Under the pieces are notes generated by a model. That model saw only the letters and a program-made list of their open reading frames with translations. It was not told the DNA's origin and did not search any database. Position numbers and translations under genes: made by a program. A DNA stretch of 64,000 nucleotides from Mobula hypostoma (taxonomy: Eukaryota), in the NCBI RefSeq assembly GCF_963921235.1, contig NC_086108.1, forward strand, positions 62,684,001-62,748,000, given 5' to 3'. Positions 13,018 to 25,070 of this stretch are shown piece after piece (position 1 is the first letter of the stretch; every line of letters begins with the position of its first letter).

Positions 13018-13895
13018 TTATTTAGAGATACAGCACAGAATAGGCCCTTCTGACCTTTCGAGCTACATCAGCCCGGAACCCCTGACAACCTAACCTAATC
13101 ATGGGACAGTTTACAATGACCAATTAATCTACTTGGTATGTATTTGAACTGTGGGTGAAAGTGGAGCACTCAGAGAAAACAGGCATACAGTGGCCTTCAT
13201 CAATCATGGGACTGAGTTCAAGAGCCGAGAAGTAATGTTGCAGCTATATAGGACCCTGGTCAGACCCCACTTGGACTACTGTGCTCAGTTCTGGTTGCCT
13301 CACTATAGGAAGGACGTGGAAACCATAGAAAGGGTGCAGAGGAGATTTACAAGGATGTTGCCTGGATTGGGGAGCATGCCTTATGCAAATAGGTTGAGCG
13401 AACTCGACCTTTTCTCCTTGCAGCGACAGAGGATGAGAGGTGACCTGACAGAGGTGAACAAGATAATGAGAGGCATTGATCGTGTGGATAGTCAGAGGCT
13501 TTTCCCCAGGGATGAAATGGTTAGCACAAGAAGGCATAGTTTTAAGGTGCTTAGAAGTAGGTACAGAGGAGATGTCAGGGGTACGCTTTTTACACAGAGA
13601 GTGGTGATTGCATAGACTGGGTTGCCGGCAGTGGTGGTGGAGGCGGAAACGATAGGGTCTTTTAAGAGACTCCTGGATGGGTACATGGAGCTTAGAAAAA
13701 TAGAGGGCTGTGGGTAAAGCCTAGGTAGTTCTAAGGTAGGGACATGTTTGGCACAGCTTTGTGGGCCGAGGGGCCTGTATTGTGCTGTATGTTTTCTATG
13801 TTTCTATGTTTCTAAAACACACGCATTCCACGGGAAGGACGTACAGAGACCCTTAAGGAGGACCCGGAATTGAGCTCTGAACTCCAACGCCTGCA
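13018..13895 (-). mobile_element. HE1-like V-domain SINE split by a CR1 insertion
   Basis: CR1-like tail at 13018-13055; V core GGAGCACTCAGAGAAAACA | CACGCATTCCACGGGAAGGACGTAC continues after the insert. Confidence 0.8.
13182..13813 (+). mobile_element. CR1 3' fragment with (TTTCTATG)n tail and AAAACA TSD
   Basis: ORF 13151-13615 (LVRPHLDYCAQFW..ERVQRRFTRMLPGL); TSD at 13176-13181 / 13814-13819. Confidence 0.95.
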
Positions 13896-14369
13896 TTTCT
13901 AAGTGTTTTCTGTGGCTCTAGTTTAGATTTCCATTATTCACTGTTTCCATTTTTGCCATCCACTGCCATATAGAGCTCGAATATTGATTCACATGTGCAG
14001 ATTCCTTCATGTTGAGTTACTAAACCCAGCTGGGCTGTGTGACGTAGGTTCAATCATGGTAGTAAAGTCCAGCTTTCTTCCCTCAGGGAAGGGTGGGGTG
14101 TGTGGCAGCAGTTGTAATATTCATCTTGAAACTACTCCCATGCACATCTTTATGATCAACATCCTGGGTGGCTGGTCGATAAAGTATGTCCATTCTCTTT
14201 CACTGATTCTCATATGATCTAATGAGGAAAAGGACCTCGGAAAGAGAGCACTCTCATTTAATACAGGAAGTTTTGCAGGTGTGAAATGTCAAGCAACAGA
14301 AAAAAATATTTTACAGTTTTAATTCTTCACACTTCAGTTGTAATTGCGTACTCCCATATTTCCTTTTGG

Positions 14370-14642
14370 CATAGAAAGAGGCCAAATGGCTCACAGACCA
14401 ATTTTACCGGACAGAAAACTCCCCAGTAAATTTTCCCTGCAACTTATTCTCTCCACATTCTCAACAATTCCCATCAAATTCCAGTATTCCCCTGTATACT
14501 GGGGGCTCTTTACAGTGACATGGCAGCCAGTAAGTCTTTGGGATATGGAAGGAAACTGCAGCAGCCACAAAATCCATACCAACAACACCAGGGGTTAGAA
14601 TTGTAAGGCAACAGGCTCTACTACAATGTTAATGTGGTGGTT
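14370..14642 (-). mobile_element. Highly degenerate V-domain SINE
   Basis: GTCTTTGGGATATGGAAGGAAACTGCAGCA resembles the core of the other copies; layout similar to 10435-10755. Confidence 0.45.
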
Positions 14643-15661
14643 CTGTATTTAATATTCTGACTACTATGTCAATGAGTAAATTTGTAACTTCTCACTATTT
14701 TCATTAATCTCCCTCACGTTCAGTTTTATAATACCCTAAGCATCAAATCTGCCTATTTAATATCAATGATATATGCTGTATAAATTACAATAATATAGGA
14801 AATAGAGGAATAGATCAAAGGGCAACTCTATAGAATGCATTACATGTACTGTAAGTAGTTGCAATGTATTATCAGCAGGTTTAGATTGAGGTAGCCCACT
14901 CCATAAATGCAATAATTGCTCTCAACCTTGAGTTTTTGCCAAGTTTTTCAATATTGGAAAGATTAGTAAGATTTCTAATATGAGTTAGCTAAAGAACTGT
15001 ATATTGAAAAAAATAGATAATTTTAAATGAGATTATTAATATTATGTGCCTTGTGCAGATCTATTTGCATCTCTGATTATTAACTGCAGAATATATGAAT
15101 GTTATTTTAAAAACTGGTGGTAAAAACTAGAATTGTACCAGTGGTAAATTACAAGCGTACTTTGAAATGAAATGATATTTTTTAATTTAATACACTGTTA
15201 AGCGTTAGATCCCTATTTATTTTATCTATGGGGCATATTACATCTTAGTAAACATTTTAAAAACCTTCTTATGTAGGAACAGAACAATCTTTAATATTTT
15301 ACAGATTTTCTCATGCAGTAATGTGGAATAGTGAGGTGTACATGGATAGCTACAGTCAATGGAAAATAAATTCATAAGTTAGGTTAAGCCAACAAAGGTA
15401 CTTAACAGAAACCTTAATAATATTTTCTCCCTTTACTCCTGGCCTAATTAAGGTAATTTATCCAAAAGTGTGATTCTATTACCACAATCTCCCACAAATT
15501 TGTTCATATGAATTTTAACTTTCATAAAGCTTGCATCAGACAAAAAAGCTCAGCTCTTAAAAGGTAGCAAATTTCTTCTGTAGGACTGTTTTTAATGAAA
15601 ATTGAAGTCCTAAAACCAAAAAGGATAAGACTATATATGAATCAGTAATGGCCAATGAGTT

Positions 15662-15778
15662 GGAACATAGAGCATAGAACCGTACAGCACAGTACAGGCC
15701 CTTCAGCCCACAATGTTGTGCCAACCCTTAAACCCTGCCTCCCATATAACCCCCCACCTTAAATTCCTCCATATGCCC
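15662..15778 (-). mobile_element. CR1 3' UTR tip
   Basis: GAACATAGAGCATAGAACCGTACAGCACAGTACAGGCCCTTCAGCCCACAATGTTGTGCC. Confidence 0.8.
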
Positions 15779-16119
15779 GTTAATTAAATTTAATTTAATT
15801 AACAAACTAACAGTCAGAAAAATGTAATATTGATTATAATGTGTTCAGCAAAATGTTCAAAAGGGAAATATGGTAAACTAGGATTCTATGTTTGAGCAGC
15901 ATAATAAACTATACAGTTTTGTTAAGGACACACAAAAGTAGGGAAGTGGCAGATATTCAAAAAAGTGTTTAATAGGTTATAGCATGTTATATTTCAAAGG
16001 CATAGGTATATTTGTCAAAACAGTCATCAATTGTAAGAACAATGTAGTTATAATGTGCATTGTAAAACTACAAAAAGGTAGCACAAAAATAAATTGTCAA
16101 GTAGTTTCACAATGATGAT

Positions 16120-16770
16120 ATCAGAATCGAATCAGGTTTAATATCATGGCATATGCCGTGAATTTTTTTTGTCTTTGCAACAGCAGTACATTGCAAAACA
16201 TAATAATAGAGAGAAATAAACTATGATTGACGGTAAGTATATATTGTTGTTCAGTCGTTAAGTCGTGACCGGCCCTTTGTGACCTCATGGACCACAGGGT
16301 CCATAGGGTTTTCATGGCAAGATACGGAAGTAGATACAGCCTTTTCTCGACACAGATACTGCTGCTGCCCAGGTTGGGACCCGGCTGGGTTTGAACTCAG
16401 GACCATCTGCCTTGAAGTCCAATGCTAATGCCACTACACCACCAGCCAGCCTATATGGTATATTAATTACTTAAATTAAATAAGCAGGGCTAAACTGAAA
16501 ATGTAAAAAGTAGTGAGGTACTGTTCATAGGTTCAATTGAATGGCAGAGTCAAAGAAGCTGTTCCTGAATCGTTGAGGGTGTACCTTCAGGCTCCTGTAC
16601 CTCCCTCCTGATAGTAGCAATGAGAGCAGGACATGTCCTGGTTGATGGGGATCCTTAATGATGGATGCCACCTTTTCAAGGCATTGATCTTTGAAGGTGT
16701 CCTGCATACTAAGGAGGCTAGTGCCCATGATGAAGATGACTAAGTTTACAACTCTCTGCAGCTTATTTTA
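16120..16770 (-). mobile_element. Rex1/Babar-type LINE 3' fragment, interrupted by a SINE
   Basis: ORF 16525-16728 (ASIIKDPHQPGHVLLSLLLSGGRYRSL..RFRNSFF); short-repeat tail at ~16120-16140. Confidence 0.8.
16244..16451 (-). mobile_element. tRNA-derived SINE with an RTE/BovB-type 3' tail
   Basis: Minus strand: A box TGGTGTAGTGG, B box GAGTTCAAACC, then TTCCGTATCTTGCCATGAAAACCCTATGGAC..GTCACGACTTAACGACTGAACAACA. Confidence 0.85.
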
Positions 16771-17064
16771 TAGTCTTGTTTCAATGGAGGAATCCATCCA
16801 GACCATTGAGTTCCTAGTACAGCAATTCTATCAGTCCCATTTCTTCATTCTTCCCTCCTATTTTGGCAAATTATTCACACAAGTGTATGTCCAGTTCCCC
16901 TTTGAGTGCCCTGATTGATTCAGTTGCCAATACTCCTATATGCAGGCCGTTCCAGATCATGACTCAAACTTGCATTAAAGTCTTCTCAACGTTTCCCTTT
17001 TGTGTTTTGATCAAACCTATGTCCCTGATCCTTAAGCATAACCTAATGGTAACAGCATACTTCT

Positions 17065-17430
17065 ATTATTTATTTATTTATTTGGCGATGGAGCGCGAAA
17101 TAGGCCCTTCCAGCCCTTTGAGCCATGCCACCAGCAACCTCGCAACCCCCAATTTCACTCTAGCCTAATCTCAGGACAATCTACAATAACCAGTTAACCT
17201 ACTAAGTACATGTTCGGCACAGCACTGTGGACCAAGGGGCTTGTATTGTGCTGTAGGTTTTCTATGTTTACTAACTGGTACATCTTTGGAGTGTGTGGAA
17301 GAAACCAGAGCACCTGGAGGAGACCCACGCATTCCATGGGGAGGACGTACAAACTAATTACAGAGGGCACCAACTCCAAACACCGAAGCCCCAAGTTGTA
17401 ATAGCATCGCACTAACCACTATGCTATTGT
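17065..17430 (-). mobile_element. HE1-like V-domain SINE containing a 63-bp CR1 tip (17206-17268)
   Basis: tRNA-like head at 17385-17430, V core at 17280-17352, (ATTT)n tail; insert flanked by TACTAA at 17200-17205 / 17269-17274. Confidence 0.85.
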
Positions 17431-18129
17431 ACACAATCTAAAACTAAACATACCAATCATAACGTTATACACTGCTAGTGTATTGGGTTCCAAAGTGATT
17501 TAGAGCTAAGGGGACAGGATGGAGGAGTGGGGCAAAGCTAGCTTTCGTTGCGAAGCATGGATTCATGGGAAAGAATCTTCTCCTTCTTAGCTGTAACTTT
17601 TCTCTGATCAAATTTCATATGAATCTGCATATTTTTGAGGGGATCCAAATTTTATCATATAAGTTAAGATAAAGGTAAAGTAGTTTTTTGGTTAATTACT
17701 CTGAGTCAGATTAACATCAGAAAAAAATAATTTCATGTTCCCATCTGAAGAGAGAAAATAATGTACCAGGAAGAAGGACTCATTAAAATTAATATAACCT
17801 ACAATCATGAAAATAATAATTAAAAAACTTTAATTTCTTCAGGAACAGGTGTTTTTCATTTTAGGAAAACAATTAAAACATGCTGACTCCCTAACCTTAA
17901 TCTGCCAACAATTCTTTTGTTTCAGGAGTTAATCCTGTAGATGCCATTTTGCTATTGAAAAGAGCTAGGAAAGGGAAATAAAGGGATTACAGAAGAGGCA
18001 ATAATCCTTACAATAATTATGGGGAATTTATCAGAATCTAGTAACTATCTTGCAAAGTGACTACAATGCAAATTGTTAGTTGATTATAGAAACCTGGCAA
18101 AGATATATAAAGGGATGTTAACAGCTGAT

Positions 18130-18910
18130 GTAATTAATTTAAATTTTTGAAAGAATGACTAAAATAGTTGATGGGGAGCCATTTCTGGGTGTGTTTGATT
18201 CGAACATTAAGAAACTCACAGAAAGCTCGGTTAGCTAATCTTGAAGTGCGGGGAATGAAGATAAATTATTGCCCGTTCCTGAAATTGGTTGAGTGGCAGT
18301 AGAGCAGAACTTGGAAAATAAAATAGCTCATGTCTAATATTCTGCAAAGATTTGTATGTCAATGTCAACTATTCATGATACTTATTAACAACTCCTATGA
18401 TGGGAAAGAACATCTCTGAAAATAATTTGCAAATTACACCAGTATCATAAAGATAGGCAAAGTTGGACATATTTTCTTCATAAATGCATTAAGGAACGAT
18501 ATCTAGAAATCTGCTGCAACTTCAGGTTCCTCTTCCTTCAGTCTGCACTTTCCAGTCAATGGCAACTTGGCTCCCCGGTCCGATGAAATCACTGTATCTT
18601 CATACAGAAAGCTACAAAGAGGCAGAAAATCCAACAAATTGGTTTCAATTCAGGTAAATGTAGAGTCACCCATTTATACCCAAAATGAGATTCAGACTAG
18701 TTTGTAAATGGTGAAAAGCTGGAAACAAGGAGTCTCAGGTGTCCACATGCATTACAATGTCACTGGAAGCCATGAAGACATTCAAAAGTGTCGTGGAATG
18801 CTATTCCCTATATTTTAGGTGACACTACAATGAAATAAATCCCTCATTTGATCAACCTGGAGTATAGTGAATTATTCCAAGGTGTGGTATTTTGCCCTTG
18901 GTGGATCTGT
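18130..18910 (+). mobile_element. Very old CR1 RT remnant
   Basis: Weak similarity in order to the CR1 RT region (e.g. ATTTGCAAATTACACC ~ KFADDT, CCTGGAGTATAGTG ~ LEY). Confidence 0.35.
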
Positions 18911-18939
18911 AGAAGAGACAATGGAGACAGTAAAAAGTA

Positions 18940-19275
18940 AAGTAATGCAGATGCTGGAAAGTTGAAACTAAAACGTGCCTGCTGAAAACACTCAGCAGGT
19001 CCAGCAGTACCTGTTGAGAGAATACAGGTCAACATATTGGTGGCACAAAGGTAAAGAAAACTGCCAATGGTGGGCTCCAGGTAAATGCCAGAATGATAGC
19101 AGAATTGGGTCAGTTTACATCCATGGAGGCAAAAGCTGCAAGTTGACACTTCAGGTCAAGAACTTGCCTCGGGACTGAGAGGGAAGAAGGGAGAATGCCA
19201 GTATATAGCAGTACATATGGATGGGTAGGTGGGATGGAGGCTCATAGGTGATGGGTGGAACTAAATGGGGATGGC
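18940..19275 (-). mobile_element. Penelope-like fragment(s)
   Basis: TGCAGATGCTGGAAA..AACACTCAGCAGGTCCAGCAG terminal motif; decayed hammerhead-like segment at ~19140-19178. Confidence 0.55.
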
Positions 19276-20661
19276 ATATGAGCCCTTGCACAGAACTGGA
19301 AAATATTACTTATGGATACAATTGATTAAAAAGAACACTATGATCAAATAAACAACACATTGGCCACGTAGACAAGTTAACATGGAATGACCTCTAAAGA
19401 GAAAGGATCTAGAAATTTTAATGCACGTAGGACCATCTGTCAATTTCATAGGAACTGTAGAGGAGGGATTTTCTCATATTCACAATGAACAAATGTTTTG
19501 TGGGGCCTGAATCAGTGTAAAGGAATTCAATGCAAGTTGCTGTCTACCCAGTCTGCAAACTTAGACAGTGATGTGGGAAGAGATGAGTGAGCAGGTATTG
19601 CAGATTCTTGAATAAAAATAAGTTATGAAGTGGGATTCAAGTTGCAGTAGTTATGAATTGTGCAAAACACACTCATCTCCAAACTACTGGATAACTGTTG
19701 TTAAGTTCTGATGTAATTTGATGAATCAAAATTTCAATGTCAGAGCTGTTCACTCTCTTGTACTCTTGTAAGGTTAAAAATTGTTTTACCCAAGTATATA
19801 CCATATTGTAATAATGCCTCAGAATAAAATTGGCCTCTTTGTATTGTAAGCTCGGGTTCACCCACAGAAAGATCACATTATTCAGGACATCCTCCACAGT
19901 GCAATTAAATCTTTTAATTAATTGTACAGTTGCAACATACTGAATAAATTAAACCTTCATTCTCAATTGCATAAACAAAATCTACTTTCAATATTTAGCT
20001 AAGCTGTAAAATGTGTCAAATGTGTGAAATATTATCAACAAAGTTAGCAGGACATTCTGTACCAGGGAAAGACTGTGAGTGTCTGAAGCTTGCATGCCTG
20101 GAACCAAAATATAGCAAGGCAAACTTGTATTTTCTTTCCATCTTCCAAAACAAATTGTGAATGTTCTATGGATACAAATCTAGCTGTTAGTAAATACATG
20201 TCTAAGTAATGCCAACAGAATACTTGAAAAGCTGAAAGCTAAATTTAACACTGAGAGAAGACTTGATGTGCAAATACTTGAAAAGTGACAGATTTGTGTT
20301 GAAGTGTTGATTAGAACAGACATGGCATCTCAATAAGAGTTCATGCTTTGGGAGGCTGACTACCACTGAAAAGTGAATGATGGCAAGGCCAAGGCTTAGA
20401 AGTACCACAGTCTTTGTTGAATAGGCTCTATATTCACTGGCGTGCATTGTAACCTAATCTACTCAATTGGGCTCTCTGTTGATCCAGTTCCAGAGATTAA
20501 TGAGCTAGTGAAATTACCCCTCCTTCCATGATAGTGGCAACGAATTAATGAGTAGTTGATAGGCAAGTATGAGAGCGAAGAGGGTACACAGAAATAAGAA
20601 GCAGAACAAGACCTATGGGATTGTTTTCCTTGGAGCCTGCATGGATTTGATGGGCGGAATG

Positions 20662-20663
<2 letters not shown>

Positions 20664-20691
<28 letters not shown>
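20664..20691. repeat. (CT)n microsatellite at the end of a degenerate SINE tail
   Basis: About 14 CT units after GATGGGCGGAATGGCC. Confidence 0.9.
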
Positions 20692-20695
<4 letters not shown>

Positions 20696-21335
20696 AATTA
20701 TTAGTTTAAGGTCAGCTGCCTGTTTTGAATCTCATCCATTGAAATTGTGGGGGAGGAATGGGTGAGGTCAATATTAACCTTTACTGCCTTAACTCACATA
20801 TGACAAACAGCCATTTGGATGAGGTACCAGCGGGCTGGAAAGTTGTCAGGAAATCTGTACAAGAAACCGATTTACTCAAGCTCATAACATACTTTCTGTC
20901 ACACAGCATCTGTGAACCATATCCCAGCTACAGTTATACTTTCAGATGAAGAATGGAGTAAACTGATGAAATAACTCGCAAAACTTTTAAACATTTTTAT
21001 AAAATTTCCAAATTTTAAGACCAATTAACAGTTATGTATGATGTTTCTTTTCAAGTGATTTATTAATTTAAATGTAATTTGTGGGTGTGAATGGTTATAA
21101 ATTCATGGGACCACTGAGTCACTACACAGAATTTTAAGATAACCCTCCATTAGATACTATTCACTAAGGCGGAAATTGGCTTACCCAGAGGGAAAGAGAG
21201 AGCGAAAAAAAAAACACATGTTAATCCTATCCAATTCTTTAGCCTTGTCATTTCTCCACATATCTTAGTTCTTGGCTCAAAATGGCTACATGTCAGCCAT
21301 GGATCAGTTGCTATTTTTTCCCCTTCTCTCAAATG

Positions 21336-21935
21336 ATTGTGGCTTCAGGTTCCACTCCAGAAACCTGTGCACAAAATTTGTCATGACATCCCAGTGTCAC
21401 ATATCACTGAGATGTTCTCTATCAGTGGTGGTGTTAACCAGTGATCTGGGTGTGTGTAAGTTATCCATGGCACTATTTGCAAGAAAGTTCTCTAAGTTTC
21501 GTGGCCAATGTTTATTCATCAACCCTAGGTACAGAGGAGATGTCAGGGGTAAGTTTTTTCGCAGAGAGTGGTGATTGCATGAAATGGGCTGCCAGCAGCG
21601 GTGGTGGAGGCAGAAATAATAGGGTCTTTTAAGAGACTCCTGGATAGGTACATGGAGCTTAGAAAAATAGAGGGCTATGGGTAAGCCTAGGTAGTTCTAA
21701 GGTAAGGACATGTTCGGCACAGCTTTGTGGGCCGAAGGGCCTGTATTGTGCTGTAGGTTTTCTATGTTCCTATGTTTCTATATCATAAAAATAGATAATC
21801 TGGTCAATATCCCTTTGTTTTCAGTAGAAATTTGCAAATTGCCTGCCATATATCATGTAGTTGCAGTGTACATTTCAAGTTTTAACTAGTTATAAAGAAC
21901 TCCCCAAATTTGTAACTGTAGAAATATAAATACTT
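21336..21935 (+). mobile_element. Deu-domain SINE (SacSINE1/AmnSINE1-like), split by CR1
   Basis: CCACTCCAGAAACCTGTGCACAAAA..ATCCATGGCACTATTT..TGGCCAATGTTTATTCATCAACC | ..AGATAATCTGGTCA..GCAAATTGCCTGCC follows the Deu-domain consensus order. Confidence 0.75.
21526..21780 (+). mobile_element. CR1 3' fragment, same family as 13182-13813
   Basis: Near-identical to 13558-13813, including the TTTCTATG tail. Confidence 0.95.
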
Positions 21936-21954
21936 ACTTCAACAAAAAAATCAC

Positions 21955-22960
21955 TTTATAGAGTACCTTTAATGTAGGTAGCAAGAACATCAAAGTGTTA
22001 TCAAACAAAATCTGGACAACAAGCTACCAAAGGAGATATTGCAGAATCTTGCAAGAGGAATGAGAAACAGATTTTGAGGGCTAATTCCAGAGGTTTGAAC
22101 CTTGGGATTAAATGTCATGACTGCATGACATGCACTTGATTTTGAGGCCAGTATGGCAGAAATAAATTACCTGAAAGATCAGGCTAGAGAAAAGTACCAA
22201 TGCAGAAAAAAGGGGTGAAGCAATGAAGAGTCTTGAAAATAGCCTTGAAATTTTAAAAATTGTGTCTTTGCTTAATATATGGTAGTTTAATAAGTACATG
22301 GGTAAAAATAAAAACAGAGAAAAGCTGGAAAACTCAGCAGATCAGACAGCATCCACAGAAAGAGAATAGTAGGCAGGCACTCAGGTATGAGTTGGGACCT
22401 GAGCAGCAGAATTTTGAATGATCTTGAGTGTATTCAGGTTAGAATTGAAGTGCACAAGCATAGATTAAATCAACCAATAACAAAAACATGGGTCTTCAGC
22501 TGCAAAATTAGCCTGGAGTTAGCCAATGTTACAGAAACTGAAATCGGCCATTTTAGGCTTCAGACTAATCTATCTCCATCTCAGAATTAAGTATGGTACA
22601 CCTTTGCATGGTCCCAAGAGAGACAGAGGGAGTAGATAGCTCAGGAATGGAACTGGTGGTGGAATTATTTTTCTTAATCTTTCGCCCAGAGAAAACTTCT
22701 GCTCAGGAAGTATGGAGTGTTAGACAAACAGTCTGATGATTTCAAGACAGTGAAGGTCTTCAAGATACTCAATGCATGACAGCATGTCATCTGTCTGATG
22801 CTTTGCTTTGAGCTGTATGAGAAATTAAGGACTTGTGTTGTATAAAACAGGAAACTATTCTTTGAGTAAATCATAAGCCTGAAGGTTTGGTTATGAAGAC
22901 TTAACTCAACAAAGAAAACAAGCTTTTCCTTGTTTTGAGATGGCACAGACACAGCCAAAT
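21955..22960 (-). mobile_element. Degenerate L2-like LINE remnants
   Basis: TTTATAGAGTACCTTTAATGT..TTATCAAACAAAATCTGGAC..AAGGAGATATT tail motif; similar remnant at ~25140-25600. Confidence 0.35.
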
Positions 22961-23589
22961 GGGTCCAAGTTTTCACATTGACATTAAGCTGAAGAAGGAA
23001 ACAGCAATTTTATTAGATCTAATCAAAGTTCGGTTTTGCTGCTCTTGGCTGAGCTTGGGTCAAATGGTACAGAGAATGCTACTCATTATTTAAGACTTCT
23101 AAAATTCTTATTTATTCCCTTTTCTCTTCAGCCCTCACTGAGTCATACTAGAATATGGTTCCAAGGTGGTAAGCAGCTGTCCCGTGCTTCATCTAACTGC
23201 CCATCCTTCATGTGGGAAGCCAGTCAGTGGCAGCTGGTGATTTCACAGTGGTGACTGGAGGAAGCTAGGAAGGGTGGTGGAAATATCACAGCTCAGTCTG
23301 ATGCTCATCCAAAAGCTACATTTGTGCACTTTGTCCAGGGTTACTGGGTGTGAAGGATTAGGTTACCTCCAACTTATTTTCCCACACGTTGCAATGTCCA
23401 CCCCTAAATGGCGTCTCAGAAGAGACAGTAGTTAGACTGAGTCTCAGTCTTTAATGGGTTGTGTGGTTCAATATTACTAGAGAGAATTTTATTTACCAAA
23501 TGCACCATTGTGAAATTTCTAGTTCAAAATTTCCATAGTTCTTGGCTGTGACACGTTCAGTTGATTCTCAGAAACCCGAAAGCAGCTCA

Positions 23590-23712
23590 TACAACAGGAA
23601 TTCTGCAGATCCTGGAAATTCAAGCAACACACATCAAAGTTGCTGGTGAACGCAGCAGGCCAGGCAGCATCTCTAGGAAGAGGTAACAGTCGACGTTTCA
23701 GGCCGAGACCCT
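23590..23712 (-). mobile_element. Penelope terminal fragment with truncated hammerhead
   Basis: CTGCAGATCCTGGAAATTCAAGCAACACACATC..GCAGGCCAGGCAGCATC..CAGTCGACGTTTCAGGCCGAGACCCT. Confidence 0.8.
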
Positions 23713-24149
23713 CAACTCATGCCTGACCACTTGTAAAAGTGAGTGGACAACTAGAAAGTTGGAACATAGACTCCCAAGGATTTCAATTCTTTCTGAATAC
23801 TGATCATAATTGCCTGCTCTCAGTCTAGTAGTGATACGACCATTTTGTGTCTCACAAGGAACAGACGTGTCAGATCTAACTCTCCCCTTTTGGCAGGAAA
23901 GAAATGGGTGAAGTAGTTAGGATGGAGCAGTTCTGTTTTCTGAGCTATTCGTACAATGCTGATATTAATATCATAGTTTTGGTGGTGGACAAGTTTCCAG
24001 TAGGAGCCTGTTAAGAAAAGAAATGTGACTCTATGACATATTTGGAAATTAGATAGAATTTTAATATAGCCTGAAGAAGGTCGGCCTGTTAGATGGAGGC
24101 TGAGAAACTTGTAAGGCTACTGATGACACATTAAGAAAAAAATCACCTT

Positions 24150-25070
24150 TAAGAAAATCCTCGCAGTGCAAATGCATAGGTTGTTGAAAGCAGCATCTCA
24201 GCTGACAGGGTGGTGAAAAAGGTGCTTAGAGTGCTGCCATTCTTCAATCAGGGCACTGAATATAGGAGTTGGACATTACATTGCAGTGGTATAGGTCATT
24301 GGTGAGGTCACACTTAGAGCACTCTGTACAGTTTTGGTCACCCTGTTCTATGAAAGACATGGTTAAACTGGAGAGAGTCCAGAAAAGATTTACAAAGATA
24401 TTATCAGGAGCAGAACGCCAGAAATATAGAGAGAGGTTGGTCAGGCTAATGTTATGTTTTGTAAACATAAAACTAATTGAAAGAAAAACAAGGGAGTCCA
24501 GAATGTGTGTACACTAATTTAGTTTTACTTTTAGTGAGGCACGCATGTGTGACATGGTGGTGTGATGATATATGCCCTTTACATACTTTTACGTATGAAT
24601 TACGTAATTTTACGCAATCAATTATTTAAATGAACAAGAATGCTTAGTCAAACAATATATTTACTGAAATCATAGTCTCTTTTCTTGGGAGAATAGAAGA
24701 ATTATGGGTACCCTTATCGAGGTTTATAACATTATGAGGAGCATAGCAGCAGTCTTTTCCCCAGGGTAGAGAATTCTAAAACTAAGGGGCATAGATCTAG
24801 AATGAGAAGAGAAAATTTTAAAAGGGACTTGAGGGCAACTCTTTCATACAGACAGTGGTGAGTGTATGCAGCTTCCTCCATTTGGAGGAATTGGTTGAGT
24901 CAGGCATAATAATATCATTTGAGAAGCAGTTGAATAGGTACATATAGGACTGGGGCTTCATGTGATATGGCCAAAAGCAGGACAATGGGACTAGATAGGT
25001 GGGCACCATGGTCAACATAGACTCATTGGACCAAAGGCCCTATATTCATACTGTATTGATCGATGACTCT
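24150..25070 (+). mobile_element. CR1 3' fragment interrupted by a probable solo LTR
   Basis: ORF 24269-24517 (LVRSHLEHSVQFWSP..LERVQKRFTK); CR1 resumes at ~24673 and runs to the 3' UTR. Confidence 0.9.
24450..24672. mobile_element. Probable solo LTR (~220 bp)
   Basis: TGTTATG...CA block inserted cleanly into CR1 coding sequence; TSD not clear. Confidence 0.55.
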
